Positions 1 to 8,879 of a stretch of 64,000 nucleotides of DNA are shown piece after piece. Made by a program: the position numbers and the translations under genes. The notes under the pieces were generated by a model, which saw nothing but the letters and a program-made list of their open reading frames with translations, had not been told where the DNA came from and made no database searches. The number at the start of each line of letters is the position of its first letter. Position 1 is the first letter of the stretch. Source of the DNA: a virus (taxonomy: Duplodnaviria; Heunggongvirae; Uroviricota; Caudoviricetes); the IMG/VR virus record IMGVR_UViG_3300032605_000010; one strand, written 5' to 3'.

Positions 1-21
1 TTTTTCGTGTAAAAGTAAAGG

Positions 22-204
22 TTGATTATGAATATATATTTTAAATGTGTGTTTTATTTTTTATTATTTTTTGGTGTTGAGGGGTTTTTGTTGCCAAACT
101 TATTCTCTTCAGAATCAGATTATGGTGTGTTACTTGGGTTAATGATCGCTGTATTGTTTATCCCAATTTCTTTTTGGTATATTAAGTGGAGTTTTAAAAA
201 GTGA
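22..204 (+). CDS. small two-TM membrane protein (TTG start), translationally coupled to downstream SPFH gene
   Basis: 60-aa hydrophobic ORF; 4-nt overlap (GTGA) with next ORF; resembles NfeD-like partner of SPFH proteins only by architecture. Confidence 0.4.
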   Translation: MIMNIYFKCVFYFLLFFGVEGFLLPNLFSSESDYGVLLGLMIAVLFIPISFWYIKWSFKK

Positions 205-1076
205 AACAAATTATAATATTATGTTTAGCGTTATTTCTTGTTGCGTGTTCTGATGTTCCTAATGGCTATGTTGGAATTAAAATAAACAAATTGGGTTCTG
301 ATAAAGGTATTGAAAATCAAACCCTTCCTGTTGGTAGGTATTGGTTAACACCTAATGAACAACTGTTTATTTTTCCAATGTTTACTCAAACACATGTCTG
401 GACTCAAGATGTAACTGAAGGATCTCCTACAGATGAAAGTTTTTCTTTTCAAACTATTGAAGGGATGACTGTTAATACAGATATTGGTATAACATATTCT
501 CTGGACCCAAATAAAGTTTCTATTATCTTCCAAAAATATCGTAAAGGTATTGATGAAATTACTAGCTCTGTTCTGAGATCTATGGTTAGAGATTCTCTAA
601 TTAATGCTGCTTCAACAAAACCTATTGAAACTGTTTATGGATCGGGTAAAGCTTCTCTTATCAAAGAAGTTGAAGATTCTGTTAAAATTCAATGTGTTGA
701 AATTGGGATAAATATTGAACATGTATACTGGGTTGGTGGATTAAGATTGCCTGAATCAATTATTTCTTCTATTAATGCAAAAGCAGCTGCCTCTCAGATG
801 ACTGCTCAGAGGGAACAAGAAATCCAACAATCTAAAGCGGAAGCTGATAAGAAAATCCAAGAAGCTAGAGGTGATGCGGAATCAACTCTTCTGAGAGCAA
901 ATGCTGAAGCTCAAGCAATTTTAATTAAAGGTAAAGCTATTTCTGATAATCCTCAGATTATTGAATTGTCAAAAATTGAAAAATGGAATGGAATTTTACC
1001 ACAAATCACTGGTAATGCAGGCACTTTAGTCCAGCTAAGTCCAACTAAGTCCAGTTCAGATCAAATAAATAGATAA
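201..1076 (+). CDS. SPFH/band-7 (prohibitin/flotillin-like) domain lipoprotein
   Basis: Signal peptide with lipobox LVAC; central region and C-terminal coiled-coil (AEADKKIQEARGDAES..ILIKGKAISDNPQIIELSKIEKWNG) typical of SPFH proteins. Confidence 0.6.
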   Translation: MKQIIILCLALFLVACSDVPNGYVGIKINKLGSDKGIENQTLPVGRYWLTPNEQLFIFPMFTQTHVWTQDVTEGSPTDESFSFQTIEGMTVNTDIGITYSLDPNKVSIIFQKYRKGIDEITSSVLRSMVRDSLINAASTKPIETVYGSGKASLIKEVEDSVKIQCVEIGINIEHVYWVGGLRLPESIISSINAKAAASQMTAQREQEIQQSKAEADKKIQEARGDAESTLLRANAEAQAILIKGKAISDNPQIIELSKIEKWNGILPQITGNAGTLVQLSPTKSSSDQINR

Positions 1077-1102
1077 AATAAACGAAAAAAGAAAGGATTC
1101 AA

Positions 1103-1246
1103 ATGAAATATCAAATAATCTGTGAAGAATGTGACTCTGAATATATTATCTTCTCTGAAGATGATCTCTATCAAGATGATCCCTCTTTCTGTGCAATTTG
1201 CTCTGAACCTATTTCTCCTGATATTATTGAAGAAGATGAAGAATAA
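1103..1246 (+). CDS. small acidic zinc-ribbon protein (47 aa)
   Basis: ATG with AAAGGA RBS; CEEC...CAIC cysteine pairs; not in ORF track because shorter than 60 aa. Confidence 0.35.
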   Translation: MKYQIICEECDSEYIIFSEDDLYQDDPSFCAICSEPISPDIIEEDEE

Positions 1247-1261
1247 AATCTTCTAATGAAT

Positions 1262-1480
1262 TCTAATGAAGAATAAAATCTAACCTTCTCCCGAGGTCAG
1301 GTAATGGGAGTAATCTCCTAGTCCTTTTGCTGTTTCGACTATAACTAAACAGTATCCCTCTAAATCTCTCCTCTGAGGCTAAATCTCGACTCTTCTATAC
1401 CTTTCTCCCTCTACTAATAAATCACCACTCCAATCTCTCCTAAATATCTCTATCTGAAACTTATATCTCTCTCTCTATCT
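1262..1480. repeat. G-depleted pyrimidine(C/T)-rich low-complexity tract on plus strand
   Basis: ~5% G vs ~30% C over >200 bp (ctctcc/tctct runs); skew continues into ORF 1482..1925. Confidence 0.7.
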
Positions 1481-1481
1481 A

Positions 1482-1925
1482 ATGGAAAATCTAATCCAAC
1501 CCTCCTGGATCTACCAATCTCTTCCTCTTCTATCTCCTCCTGAAAATGCTATTGCCTTTGTCTATCTTATCTATAATCCCTCTACTAATAAATCCTATAT
1601 CGGGAAAAAACAATTCTTCTCGAAAAAAATCTCGCAAAAATCTATTACTCAAATTGATGGCTCTAAATTTGTAAAAAAGAAAAAATTGACTGTGGAATCT
1701 GATTGGAAATCCTATAATGGCTCTAACTCTTCTCTTATTGAACATGCTAAAATACATCTTCTTGAAAAAACAATTCTCCATATCTGCTACTCAAAATCTC
1801 ATGCTTCCTATCTGGAACTGAAAGAACAAATGTCTAGGGATGTTATTCTCTCTTCTCTCTACTATAATGACTGGGTCTCTGCTAAAATTACTAGGAAACA
1901 TCTGCAAAAATTTCAAAAATTCTGA
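1482..1925 (+). CDS. GIY-YIG family (Seg-like) homing endonuclease-like protein
   Basis: FVYLIYNPSTNKSYIGKK matches GIY-(x9-11)-YIG motif; later WKSYNGSNSSLIEHAKIH block as in T4 Seg proteins; unusual G-poor codon usage. Confidence 0.45.
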   Translation: MENLIQPSWIYQSLPLLSPPENAIAFVYLIYNPSTNKSYIGKKQFFSKKISQKSITQIDGSKFVKKKKLTVESDWKSYNGSNSSLIEHAKIHLLEKTILHICYSKSHASYLELKEQMSRDVILSSLYYNDWVSAKITRKHLQKFQKF

Positions 1926-1985
1926 TTTTTATTGCTTGACTTTTCTATCTTCTTATAGTATAATATCTCTATGAATTTGATAATT

Positions 1986-2045
1986 GTGTCTGTGATAATG
2001 GTGTCTGTGATAATGGTGTCTGTGATAATGGTGTCTTTGTATGAT
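1986..2045. repeat. tandem repeat array A: 15-bp unit gtgtctgtgataatg x ~4
   Basis: Direct reading of sequence; last copy degenerate. Confidence 0.85.
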
Positions 2046-2047
2046 CT

Positions 2048-2171
2048 GAATCTTTGAATCTTTGAATCTTTGTTCGAATCTTTGAATCTTTGTTCGAATC
2101 TTTGAATCTTTGAATCTTTGTTTGAATCTTTGAATCTTTGAATCTTTGTTTGAATCTTTGAATCTTTGTTC
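2048..2171. repeat. tandem repeat array B: 8-bp unit gaatcttt x ~14 in groups of 2-3 separated by gtt(c/t) (20/28-bp higher-order period)
   Basis: Direct reading of sequence. Confidence 0.85.
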
Positions 2172-2210
2172 GGGAAAATATTAATTAAAGAAATTATAAA
2201 TAGGTCTAAG

Positions 2211-2520
2211 TCAACTAAGAACTATTTACAGTTAGATCCAGTTAATTACAGTTAGATCCAGCTATTTACAGTTAGATCCAGCTATTTACAGTTAGATCCA
2301 GTTAATTACAGTTAGATCCAGTTAATTACAGTTAGATCCAGTTAATTACAGTTAGATCCAGCTATTTACAGTTAGATCCAGCTATTTACAGTTAATTACA
2401 GTTAATTGCAGTTAATTACAGTTATTTACAGTTAGATCCAGCTATTTACAGTTAGATCCAGTTAGATCCAGCTATTTACAGTTAGATCCAGCTATTTACA
2501 GCTATTTACAGATAGATTCA
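2211..2520. repeat. tandem repeat array C: ~31 contiguous 10-bp units of three types (gttagatcca / gttaattaca / gctatttaca), iteron-like
   Basis: Direct reading; strict 10-bp phasing, all units end in ca. Confidence 0.85.
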
Positions 2521-2631
2521 GATAAATACGATGTTATCTTTCTCTAATATATAAAGAGTAATTGGTATTTATTCAGGTTAAATCAAGAAAAGAACAATTG
2601 CGGGACAATTTCCGCTAAAAGATATTAGAAT

Positions 2632-2725
2632 ACTAGATATAGTGTTTGTGCACTAGATATAGTATTTTATTTTAGGCAATACTATATGTAGTAGTAGACC
2701 CTTAGGGGTAGATACTAGATGTAGT
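2632..2725. promoter_or_regulatory. four copies of near-palindromic site ACTA-N4-TAGT (actagatatagt x2, actatatgtagt, actagatgtagt), candidate operator set upstream of CDS 2764..2991
   Basis: Direct reading; copies 1-2 and copy 3 are near reverse complements of each other. Confidence 0.5.
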
Positions 2726-2763
2726 AGTAATTTATAAAAACATTCAGAAAAAGGTGAAAAATT

Positions 2764-2991
2764 ATGGCAGAACAAGAGATTAAAACAGAAGAAGCGACAA
2801 TCACATTCCGAGGAAAGGAATATTTTGTGAAGGATTTAAGCCCCGAAGCAAACAGATACGTTGAGCAGATATTAGATTTAGAGAAGAAGATCAGAAGTAC
2901 AGGATTAGAATTAGATCAGTATCATTTCGCCAACGAGTATTTCAACGAGATGTTATTCAGAGCATTAGAGCCAGTAGAAGAAGAAGAGTAG
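2764..2991 (+). CDS. small acidic protein (C-terminal EPVEEEE), unknown function
   Basis: AAAGGTG RBS 7 nt upstream of ATG; followed by strong terminator. Confidence 0.5.
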   Translation: MAEQEIKTEEATITFRGKEYFVKDLSPEANRYVEQILDLEKKIRSTGLELDQYHFANEYFNEMLFRALEPVEEEE

Positions 2992-3003
2992 AAGAGAGAG
3001 AGA

Positions 3004-3033
3004 GGGGAGTTATAGAGACTCCCCTTTTTTTTA
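3004..3033. terminator. bidirectional rho-independent terminator between convergent genes
   Basis: ggggagt-tatagag-actcccc hairpin followed by T9 on plus strand and preceded by A-rich on minus. Confidence 0.75.
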
Positions 3034-3516
3034 TTGTTGATTAGTTTTATAGAGAAAGCTCCTAGATAGAGATTCCCCATTAGATTTAGTAACTTGATTA
3101 GTCAATTCAAATTGAGTAATCGAGGAGTCGAAGGGACCGATATTAGTAGCAGTTTTAGCATCACTAGAATCAGAAGACCGTATATTCACATTAGCAGAAG
3201 CAGACCAAGTTGACAGAGTAATAGATTGATTTGGGAGAAGCCATAGATCCCAAGGAGTTGCAGTAAACACCGCAGTACCAGAAGTAGTATCCCCTTGATT
3301 CCAAGTAGGTTCAACCGAGCCAGAGACCCCATTAGTAGTACAGATATAGTAATAGCCATTATCTACAGAAGGACGAACAACATCATCCAGACGATAGACA
3401 GCATTTGGCACAACTGTTTGCGCACCCCAGAAAACAGATACAATAGTAGTATCATCAGGATCAACAAACCCAGATATTTTCAGAGGACCTTTTTGGTTAG
3501 GAGAATATGTTTGCAT
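3031..3516 (-). CDS. tail-fibre distal/tip-associated protein (161 aa)
   Basis: Immediately downstream (5-nt gap, different frame) of the 916-aa repeat fibre; S/T/N-rich. Confidence 0.45.
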   Translation of the reverse strand: MQTYSPNQKGPLKISGFVDPDDTTIVSVFWGAQTVVPNAVYRLDDVVRPSVDNGYYYICTTNGVSGSVEPTWNQGDTTSGTAVFTATPWDLWLLPNQSITLSTWSASANVNIRSSDSSDAKTATNIGPFDSSITQFELTNQVTKSNGESLSRSFLYKTNQQ

Positions 3517-3520
3517 AGAA

Positions 3521-6271
3521 TTATTCCAATTTAATTAGTATGTTATTATCAGGTTGTTTAATTAGAGCAGATTGTATAGAATACGTTATAAGAACAGGAT
3601 CCATAACAGAGACTGCAACATAGGGTATAGCAGATTTAATAAGATACTTATTATCCCCTTCTAGGATTTTAACAGAGGTATCTAAAGGTTTAATCAAGTA
3701 AGTATAATCAGGAGCTTTAATTAATATTCCGTGAGTATTACCATAACTAAGATTAACTAGAGCTACTGGAAATACATTACAAATAGCAGAGATATTACCT
3801 GCTAAAAGAATATTTGTTTTTAGATTCGATGTAGCTGTAGAAACTGCAGCTACATTAGAAGCTAATTGTATACTTGTTATTAAATTAATTGGCCTAATAG
3901 TAGAAACTGCAGATAGACTATAAGGTACTAATAAAATACTTGTTTTCAGAGAAGCACTAATACTAGAGAATACAGATACAATTGATGCAAGTTCTATACT
4001 TGTATGTAGAGTAGCATTAGTTGATACAACACAAAGATCAACAGAAGCAAGTTGAATATTTGTATGTAGATTAGCATTAGTCGATACAACAGAAGTAACA
4101 ATAGAAGCTAATTGTATACTTGTATTAAGAACAGCATTAGTTGATACAACACATAAATCAACAGAAGCTAATTGAATATTTGTTTTTAGATTCGATGTAG
4201 TTGTAGAAACTGCAGATACATTAGAAGCAAGTTCTATACTTGTGTGTAAAGTGGCATTAGTCGATACAACAGAAGTAACAATAGAAGCTAATTGAATTTT
4301 TGTTCTTAGATTCGATGTAGCTGTAGAAACAACAGTTACATTTGATGTTAGTTCTATGCTTGTATGTAGAGTAGCATTAGTCGATACAATACATAAATCA
4401 ACAGAAGTTAGTTGAATGTTTGTATTTAAATCAATTGGGTTAATCGATACAACAGATGTTATACTAGAAGCAAGTTCTATACTTGTATGTAGAGTAGCAT
4501 TAGTAGATACAATACATAAATCAACAGAAGCAAGTTGAATATTTGTTTTTAGATTCGATGTAGCTGTAGAAACTGTAGATACATTAGAAGCTAATTGTAT
4601 GTTTGTATTTAAATCAATTGGGTTAATCGATACAACAGATGCTAAAGTATTTGATGCTAATACAATATTTGTATTTAACGAAGCATTTGTCGCTACAACA
4701 CACAGATCAACAGAAGCTAGTTGAATATTTGTTTTTAGATTAGAAGAAGCAGTAGAAACAACAGATACATTAGAAGCTAGTTGTATGTTTGTATTTAAAT
4801 CAACAGAAGTAACAGATACAACAGATGTTAAGATATTTGATGCTAATACAATATTTGTATTTAACGAAGCATTAGTAGATACAATACATAAATCAACAGA
4901 AGCTAATTGTATGTTTGTATTTAAATCAATTGGGTTAATTGATACAACAGATGTTAAGGTATTTGATGCTAGTTGTATGTTTGTATTTAAATTAACAGGA
5001 GTAACAGATACAACAGATGTTAAGATATTTGATGCTAATACAATATTTGTATTTAACGAAGCATTTGTCGCTACAACACACAGATCAACAGAAGCTAGTT
5101 GAATATTTGTTTTTAGATTCGATGTAGCTGTAGAAACAGAAGAAATATTTGATGCTAGTTGTATGTTTGTATTTAAATTAACAGGAGTAACAGATACAAC
5201 AGATGTTAAGATATTTGATGCTAATACAATATTTGTATTTAAATTAACAGGAGTAACAGATACAACAGATGTTAAGATATTTGATGCTAATACAATATTT
5301 GTATTTAACGAAGCATTAGTTGATACAACACACAGATCAACAGAAGCTAGTTGTATAGCAGTTGTTAGATTCGATGTAGTTGTAGAAACAACAGATACAT
5401 TAGAAGCTAGTTTGATATTTGTGTTAAGAACAGCATTAGTTGATACAACACATAAATCAACAGAAGCTAGTTGTATAGCAGTTGTTAGATTCGATGTAGT
5501 TGTAGAAACAGAAGAAATATTTGATGCTAATTGGATAGCAGTTGTTAGATTCGATGTAGCTGTAGAAACAACAGATACATTAGAAGCCAGTTTGATATTT
5601 GTGTTAAGAACAGCATTAGTTGATACAACACACAGATCAACAGAAGCTAGTTGTATAGCAGTTGTTAGATTCGATGTAGTTGTAGAAACAACAGATACAT
5701 TAGAAGCCAGTTTGATATTTGTGTTAAGAACAGCATTAGTTGATACAATACATAAATCAACAGAAGCTAGTTGTATAGCAGTTGTTAGATTAGAAGAAGC
5801 AGTAGAAACAGAAGAAATATTTGATGCTAATTGGATAGCATTTGTAAAAGAAGCAGAAACAATAGTTGATACTGATGCTACACTTGAATTTATTTTTATC
5901 GTTGTCGCTAACGAAGCACCAGATACAGCTAATGATGATGCAGAAGCAGCAAGAAAAATTTGTGTATTTAGTCTTATTGTTCCTACAACACTAATTGTAT
6001 TCGCTGTTCCGAATAGTGTTATGTAAGTTGTTAAATTTAATGTAGTAACAGATGTTATACATGTTACTGTAGAATTTAACGAAATTCCAGTTATTAAATT
6101 GATAGAAGATGCAACAGCAACACAGTTAGGTGCTGTTGTGCATAATATTTGTGTTGTAACATTTGATGATGTTGTAGAAACAACAAATACAGATGCGCTT
6201 AATTGAGCAGCATATTTTTCTGTTCCTGATGAAGATATTGGATTTGAACTTATCGGGAAAAACCCTAACAT
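3521..6271 (-). CDS. large repetitive tail fibre/adhesin (916 aa) built of ~40 copies of a 20-residue repeat (NLxTxIxLAS-xxxxVSTxxS)
   Basis: Longest ORF through the repeat region; plus-strand ORFs 4785..5102 and 5163..6026 are repeat shadows. Confidence 0.6.
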   Translation of the reverse strand: MLGFFPISSNPISSSGTEKYAAQLSASVFVVSTTSSNVTTQILCTTAPNCVAVASSINLITGISLNSTVTCITSVTTLNLTTYITLFGTANTISVVGTIRLNTQIFLAASASSLAVSGASLATTIKINSSVASVSTIVSASFTNAIQLASNISSVSTASSNLTTAIQLASVDLCIVSTNAVLNTNIKLASNVSVVSTTTSNLTTAIQLASVDLCVVSTNAVLNTNIKLASNVSVVSTATSNLTTAIQLASNISSVSTTTSNLTTAIQLASVDLCVVSTNAVLNTNIKLASNVSVVSTTTSNLTTAIQLASVDLCVVSTNASLNTNIVLASNILTSVVSVTPVNLNTNIVLASNILTSVVSVTPVNLNTNIQLASNISSVSTATSNLKTNIQLASVDLCVVATNASLNTNIVLASNILTSVVSVTPVNLNTNIQLASNTLTSVVSINPIDLNTNIQLASVDLCIVSTNASLNTNIVLASNILTSVVSVTSVDLNTNIQLASNVSVVSTASSNLKTNIQLASVDLCVVATNASLNTNIVLASNTLASVVSINPIDLNTNIQLASNVSTVSTATSNLKTNIQLASVDLCIVSTNATLHTSIELASSITSVVSINPIDLNTNIQLTSVDLCIVSTNATLHTSIELTSNVTVVSTATSNLRTKIQLASIVTSVVSTNATLHTSIELASNVSAVSTTTSNLKTNIQLASVDLCVVSTNAVLNTSIQLASIVTSVVSTNANLHTNIQLASVDLCVVSTNATLHTSIELASIVSVFSSISASLKTSILLVPYSLSAVSTIRPINLITSIQLASNVAAVSTATSNLKTNILLAGNISAICNVFPVALVNLSYGNTHGILIKAPDYTYLIKPLDTSVKILEGDNKYLIKSAIPYVAVSVMDPVLITYSIQSALIKQPDNNILIKLE

Positions 6272-6402
6272 CGCATCTCTCTATTTATTGTTGGATATCA
6301 TCTATTTATTTAATAGAAACTTTCTAATTATAAATACTGAATAATGTTAAGGCTTAAATAGGAATTTTTATGTATTTTATTTTTAGGGGTGTAGAATAAA
6401 TT

Positions 6403-6633
6403 ATGACGTTATTAATAAAAGATAGAGTCAAGGAAATATCAACTACTGTTGGGGTAGGACCTATATTAGTAGGGACAACTCCAATTGCAGGTTGTTTTAT
6501 TAACATTGGCGGTTCAGCTACTATTGATAATACTACAGGCACTTTGTTTTCAGCTGGTGATTTTACTGCAGGGTCTAAAACTGTAACATCTGGTGATACA
6601 TTATCTATAACTTATACTGCAACTGCGGTTTAA
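6403..6633 (+). CDS. short paralogue (possibly remnant) of tail-fibre N-terminal module
   Basis: MTLLIKDRVKEISTTVGVGP parallels MTLALNDRVKETTTVTGTGP of next gene. Confidence 0.4.
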   Translation: MTLLIKDRVKEISTTVGVGPILVGTTPIAGCFINIGGSATIDNTTGTLFSAGDFTAGSKTVTSGDTLSITYTATAV

Positions 6634-6645
6634 TAGGAGCTACTT

Positions 6646-7143
6646 ATGACTCTTGCACTTAATGACAGGGTTAAAGAAACAACTACCGTTACAGGTACAG
6701 GTCCAGCGACTCTTTTGGGCGCTACTACAGGGTATCAGTCTTTTGCGGTTATTGGTGACGGGAACACTACTTATTACTGTATAGCTGACCAAGGCGGTGC
6801 TAACTGGGAAGTAGGCTTAGGCACTTACACTGCATCAGGTACAACACTTGCTCGTACAACTGTCTTGTCATCATCAAACGCAGGGGCTTTAGTTGTATTT
6901 CCAGCAGGGACTAAAGACGTATTTTGTACTTATCCCTCTGAGCGTTCTGTATACCAAGATCAGACATTAACTGCCTATGTTCCTCAAGTAGCTGCCTCAA
7001 ATGGCCTAGTCTTAAACAACAGCACAGTCTCAACTTCTTACACAATACCTACAGGCTATAATGCAACAGCAACCGGACCAATGACAGTGGCAAGTGGTGC
7101 AGTGGTTACAATTCCTTCAGGCAGCAGATGGATGGTACTTTAA
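6646..7143 (+). CDS. tail fibre protein, proximal part
   Basis: AGGAG RBS; G/T/S-rich; gene order with downstream tip gene. Confidence 0.55.
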   Translation: MTLALNDRVKETTTVTGTGPATLLGATTGYQSFAVIGDGNTTYYCIADQGGANWEVGLGTYTASGTTLARTTVLSSSNAGALVVFPAGTKDVFCTYPSERSVYQDQTLTAYVPQVAASNGLVLNNSTVSTSYTIPTGYNATATGPMTVASGAVVTIPSGSRWMVL

Positions 7144-7144
7144 T

Positions 7145-7741
7145 ATGGCTTCTACGATAAACGCAACATCTACGGGGGTTGGTGGCATTAATGCTTCAGG
7201 TGATGCGTCAGGTATTTTACAGCTACAAACAGGTGGCACAACCGCACTAACTATAGATGCCTCGCAGAATGTTACGTTAGCAAAAGGTTTGACTGTAGGT
7301 GCTACAGCAGCTCCAGCGTTTAGTGCTTATGCTTCTGTACCACAATCCCTAGTTAATGGCACCCCAACAAAAATAGCATTAAATACAAAAGTTTTTGATA
7401 CAAATTCAAACTTTGATAGCATTACAAATTATCGGTTTACACCAACAGTAGCAGGGTACTACTTTGTATCTGGGGTTGTTTTTACAGTAAATAACATAAC
7501 AGGTGCAGGGGTTTATGTGTCAATTTTAAAAAATGGAACATCTGTTGCCGCAGCATCTTCAACTGCTAACCCTAATACGTACAGTGGAGCAACAGTAACG
7601 TCTGTAATTTATTTTAACGGCTCAACTGACTACATTGAGTTATTTGGGAATAGTGTAGGTGGAACATATAATACTGCAGTTACTATATATGCAACCGGAG
7701 ACGGTTGTAGACTCTCAGCCTTTCTAGCAAGGAGCGCATAA
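7145..7741 (+). CDS. tail fibre tip protein with C1q/TNF-like C-terminal domain
   Basis: Start reassigned to ATG at 7145 (TAATATG after upstream stop); AGYYFVSGVVF ... DYIELF ... RLSAFLARSA matches gC1q pattern (GxYxF ... FSGFLL). Confidence 0.5.
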   Translation: MASTINATSTGVGGINASGDASGILQLQTGGTTALTIDASQNVTLAKGLTVGATAAPAFSAYASVPQSLVNGTPTKIALNTKVFDTNSNFDSITNYRFTPTVAGYYFVSGVVFTVNNITGAGVYVSILKNGTSVAAASSTANPNTYSGATVTSVIYFNGSTDYIELFGNSVGGTYNTAVTIYATGDGCRLSAFLARSA

Positions 7742-7742
7742 C

Positions 7743-8876
7743 ATGAGCATAATTCTCGATGGAACAAGTGGTATCACATCACCAAATGAAACGGTTGTAG
7801 GGCAGTTTAGTTCAGGCTCAACTATGGGCTTCAAAAACAGGATTATTAATGGCAACATGGTAATTGACCAAAGGAATGCTGGGGCGAGTGTTACAGTAAC
7901 TGGCGTTAATTATGTTACAGATAGATTTTTTGGGTATGCTTCTTTAACATCTAAATATACACTTCAACAAAATGCTGGTTCAGTAACTCCACCAGCAGGA
8001 TTTACTAAATATTTAGGGGCAACCTCATCCGCAAATACAACACTTGGTGTTGGTGATTTTAATCTTATAGTTCAAAGAATTGAAGGATACAACATTGCTG
8101 ATTTGGCTTGGGGTACTGCATCTGCCGCAACAGTAACTTTGTCGTTTCAAGTTCGTAGCTCACTTACAGGAACATTTGGCGGTTCATTATCAAATGGCTC
8201 GGCAAATCGTTCATATCCATTTACCTACTCTATTCCAACAGCAAACACTTGGACAACAATTTCTGTAACAGTAGCTGGCGACACTAGCGGAACTTGGGCG
8301 ACAGATAATTCTAATGGAATGTCAATTAACTTTGGTCTTGGTGTTGGCACTACATATTCAGGAACTGCTGGTTCTTGGTCTTCAAACAATTACCTATCAA
8401 CCACAGGAGCAACCTCAGTAGTAGGAACATCAGGCGCAACATTCTACATCACAGGCGTACAACTAGAAAAAGGCTCAACCGCCACGAGCTTTGACCAACG
8501 TGCGTATGGAACTGAGTTGGCGTTGTGTCAGAGATATTTTGAAAAGTCTTTTAATGTAAGTGTAGCCCCAGCCAACGGTACAACGGCTACGACTTTAATT
8601 GATAATGCTGGTTGTTTTGCTAGCATGGTAATAAATGGCACTATTGATGGTGGGTTTATATCGTTTAAAGTATCAAAGAGGGCAGTTCCTACTTTAACTA
8701 TTTATGGAAATAATAGTGGGTATTGGAACTATTATAGTGGTGGAGCATCTTTATGGGGGTCAAATGCATATACCCAAGGTACTTTGGGTGAAAATGGATC
8801 TGCTTTTTCGCAACAAGTTGTAAATGCCACAGCTATTGCTATTAGAGGGCATTGGACAGCAGCATCGGAGCTATAA
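7743..8876 (+). CDS. tail fibre protein
   Basis: G/T/S/N-rich 377-aa ORF in fibre gene cluster. Confidence 0.5.
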   Translation: MSIILDGTSGITSPNETVVGQFSSGSTMGFKNRIINGNMVIDQRNAGASVTVTGVNYVTDRFFGYASLTSKYTLQQNAGSVTPPAGFTKYLGATSSANTTLGVGDFNLIVQRIEGYNIADLAWGTASAATVTLSFQVRSSLTGTFGGSLSNGSANRSYPFTYSIPTANTWTTISVTVAGDTSGTWATDNSNGMSINFGLGVGTTYSGTAGSWSSNNYLSTTGATSVVGTSGATFYITGVQLEKGSTATSFDQRAYGTELALCQRYFEKSFNVSVAPANGTTATTLIDNAGCFASMVINGTIDGGFISFKVSKRAVPTLTIYGNNSGYWNYYSGGASLWGSNAYTQGTLGENGSAFSQQVVNATAIAIRGHWTAASEL

Positions 8877-8879
8877 ATT

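Noticed and set aside
2211-2520. Possible CRISPR array (regular short repeats)
   Set aside because: Units are contiguous 10-bp repeats with no unique spacers of 25-40 bp and no cas genes nearby; consistent with iterons, not CRISPR
4785-6026. Long plus-strand ORFs 4785..5102 and 5163..6026 inside the fibre gene
   Set aside because: Antisense shadows of the 20-residue repeat; the 916-aa minus-strand frame is continuous across the whole region and fits the surrounding gene orientation
6272-6402. T4-late-type promoter for the divergent fibre genes at 6271 and 6403
   Set aside because: Only AATAAATA one-mismatch variants present, and the nearest lies 10 nt from the ATG, too close for a TSS plus leader; not called
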